A stretch of 64,000 bases of DNA from the human T2T-CHM13v2.0 reference genome, Homo sapiens: the NCBI RefSeq assembly GCF_009914755.1, contig NC_060933.1; one strand, 5' to 3'. The translations under genes and the position numbers were made by a program. Shown here one piece after another: positions 62,452 through 64,000 of the stretch (positions within the stretch are counted from its first letter, which is position 1; every line of letters begins with the position of its first letter). The notes under the pieces were generated by a model. It ran no database searches, was not told where the DNA came from, and worked only from the letters and a program-made list of their open reading frames with translations.

Positions 62452-64000
62452 ACAACCCGAATGGAATGGAATGTATTGGAGTGTAAGGGAATTGAATACA
62501 ATCAATCCGAATGTAATGGAATGGAATGGAACGGAATGGAATGGAATGGAATGCAGCGGAATGGAATCAAACCTAGTGCAATGGAATGAAATGGAATGGA
62601 ATGGAATGGAATGGAATGGAATGGAATGGAATGGATTGGATTCAACCCAAATGGAATGGAAAGCAATGGAATCAACCCGAGTGGAATGGCATGGAATGGA
62701 ATGGAATGGAATGGAATGGAATGGAATGGTACAGAATAGAATGGAATGGAACGTAATGGAATGGAATGGAATGGAATGGAACGGAATGGAATGGAATCAA
62801 CTCGATTGCAATGGAATGTAATGGAATGGAATGGAATGGAATTAACGCGAATAGAATGGAATGGAATGTAATGGAACGGAATGGAATGGAATGGGATGGA
62901 ATGGAATCAATCTGAGTGCAGGGGAATGCAATGGAATGGAATGCAATGGAATGGAATGGAATGGAATGGAATGCAATGGAATCAACTAGATTGCAATGGG
63001 ATGGAATGGAATGGAATGGAATGGAATGGAATGGAATGGAATGGAATTAACCTGAAAAGAATGGAATGGAATGGAATGGAATGGAACGGAATGGAATGGA
63101 ATGCAATGGAATGGGATCAACCCGAGTGCAGGGGAATGGAATGGAATGGAATGCAATCTAATGGAATCAATCAACCCGAGTGCAATAGAATGCAGTGGAA
63201 TGGAATGGAATGGAATGGAAAGTACCCGAATGGAATGGAATGTAATGGAGTGTAAGGGAATTAAAAAGAATCAATCCGAATGTAATGGAATGGAATTGAA
63301 AGGAAAGGAATGGAAAGGAATGGAATGGAATAGAACGGAATGAAATGGAATGGCATAGAATGGAATGGAATCAACCCGAGCGCAATGGAATGGAATGGAA
63401 TGGAATGGAATGGATTCAACCCGAATGGAATGGAAAAGAATGGAATAAACCCGAGTGAAATGGCATGGAAGGGAATGGAATGGAATGGAATGGTACGGAA
63501 TAGAATGGAATGGAACGAAATGGAATGGAATGGAACGGAATGGAATGGAATGGAATGGAATGAACCCGTGAGCAATGGAAAGGAATGGAATGGAATGGAA
63601 TGGAAGGGAATGGAATGGGTTCAATTCGAATGGAATGGAAAGGAATGCAATCAACCCGAGTGCAATGGCATGGAATGGAATGGAATGGAATGGAATGGAA
63701 TGGAATGGACTCAACCCGAATGGAATGGAAAGGAATGGAATAAACCCGAGTGGAATGGCATGGAATGGAGTGGAATGGAATGGAATGGAATGGAATGGAA
63801 TGGAATGGAATTAACCCTAATAGAATGGAATGGAATGGAATGGAATGGAATGGAATGGAATGGAATGGAATGGAATGGAATGGAATGGAATTAACACGAA
63901 TAGAATGGAATGGAATGGAATGGAATGGAATGGAATGGAATCAACTCGATTTCAATGGAATGGAATGGAATGGAATGGAATGGAATGGAATGGAAGGGAA
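62433..64000 (+). repeat. HSat3 block, GGAAT on + (copy of 8892-~10455)
   Basis: GGAAT pentamers with the same variant order as 8892 onward (ggaaacaacccgaa, tgtattggag, gcagcgg, aacctagtgc, aacgcgaat). Confidence 0.95.

Larger units (their letters stand above)
1..64000. repeat. Human satellite III (HSat3) array, (CATTC/GGAAT)n with interspersed ACTCGGGTTG/ATTCGGGTTG (CAACCCGAGT) decamers
   Basis: Every line is CATTC or GGAAT pentamer with long pure runs and recurrent CAACCCGAGT / CAACTCGATTGC / TAACCCGAAT variants, the classical satellite III signature. The CATTCGATTC-dominated pattern of HSat2 is absent, and there is no unique sequence anywhere. Confidence 0.97.
55267..64000 (+). repeat. 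Copy 2 of ~53.5-kb-period direct repeat (runs off the window end)
   Basis: Matches 1746 onward from attcctttccattccattcggtttgaaggc, including junction J2. Confidence 0.93.

Noticed and set aside
1-64000. Hundreds of ORFs up to 396 aa (MEWNG / IPFHS repeats; e.g. 61195-62385, 1549-2631, 41188-42240)
   Set aside because: Pure GGAAT/CATTC has no stop codon in any frame, so long overlapping ORFs in all six frames are expected. There is no domain or gene structure.
1-64000. Possible CRISPR-like repeat/spacer organisation (conserved decamers separated by variable tracts)
   Set aside because: The intervening tracts are pentamer repeats, not unique spacers; there are no cas genes, and this is eukaryotic satellite.
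1-64000. Assignment to HSat2 or to Y-chromosomal DYZ1
   Set aside because: Long pure CATTC runs and CAACCCGAGT decamers indicate HSat3, and no regular ~3.6-kb period is visible. The exact chromosome and subfamily need a database search.

Overview
The whole 64-kb window is one uninterrupted classical human/great-ape Satellite III (HSat3) array: (CATTC)n/(GGAAT)n pentamers punctuated by (A/C)TCGGGTTG-type decamers. I see no gene, RNA gene or transposon, and every ORF in the track is a translation artefact of the pentamer (MEWNG / IPFHS). The array is strongly structured. (1) It has four strand-switch (inversion) junctions at ~497, ~8892, ~17100 and ~62433, which are only two distinct junction sequences, each present twice. 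(2) A near-identical direct repeat has a ~53.5-kb period (1746-~10455 = 55267-64000). (3) A near-identical inverted repeat (1-1763 vs 15829-17596) ends at the same 18-bp microhomology where the direct repeat begins, which suggests a ~39-kb inversion in the preceding macro-unit. (4) There are two motif dialects, and one of them carries about 28 perfect heat-shock elements (TTCnnGAAnnTTC), all between ~13.3 and 54.4 kb. (5) Several nested local duplications occur. A chr9q12-type HSat3 origin is plausible but is only inference. All alignments and counts were done by eye and from ORF-track offsets.
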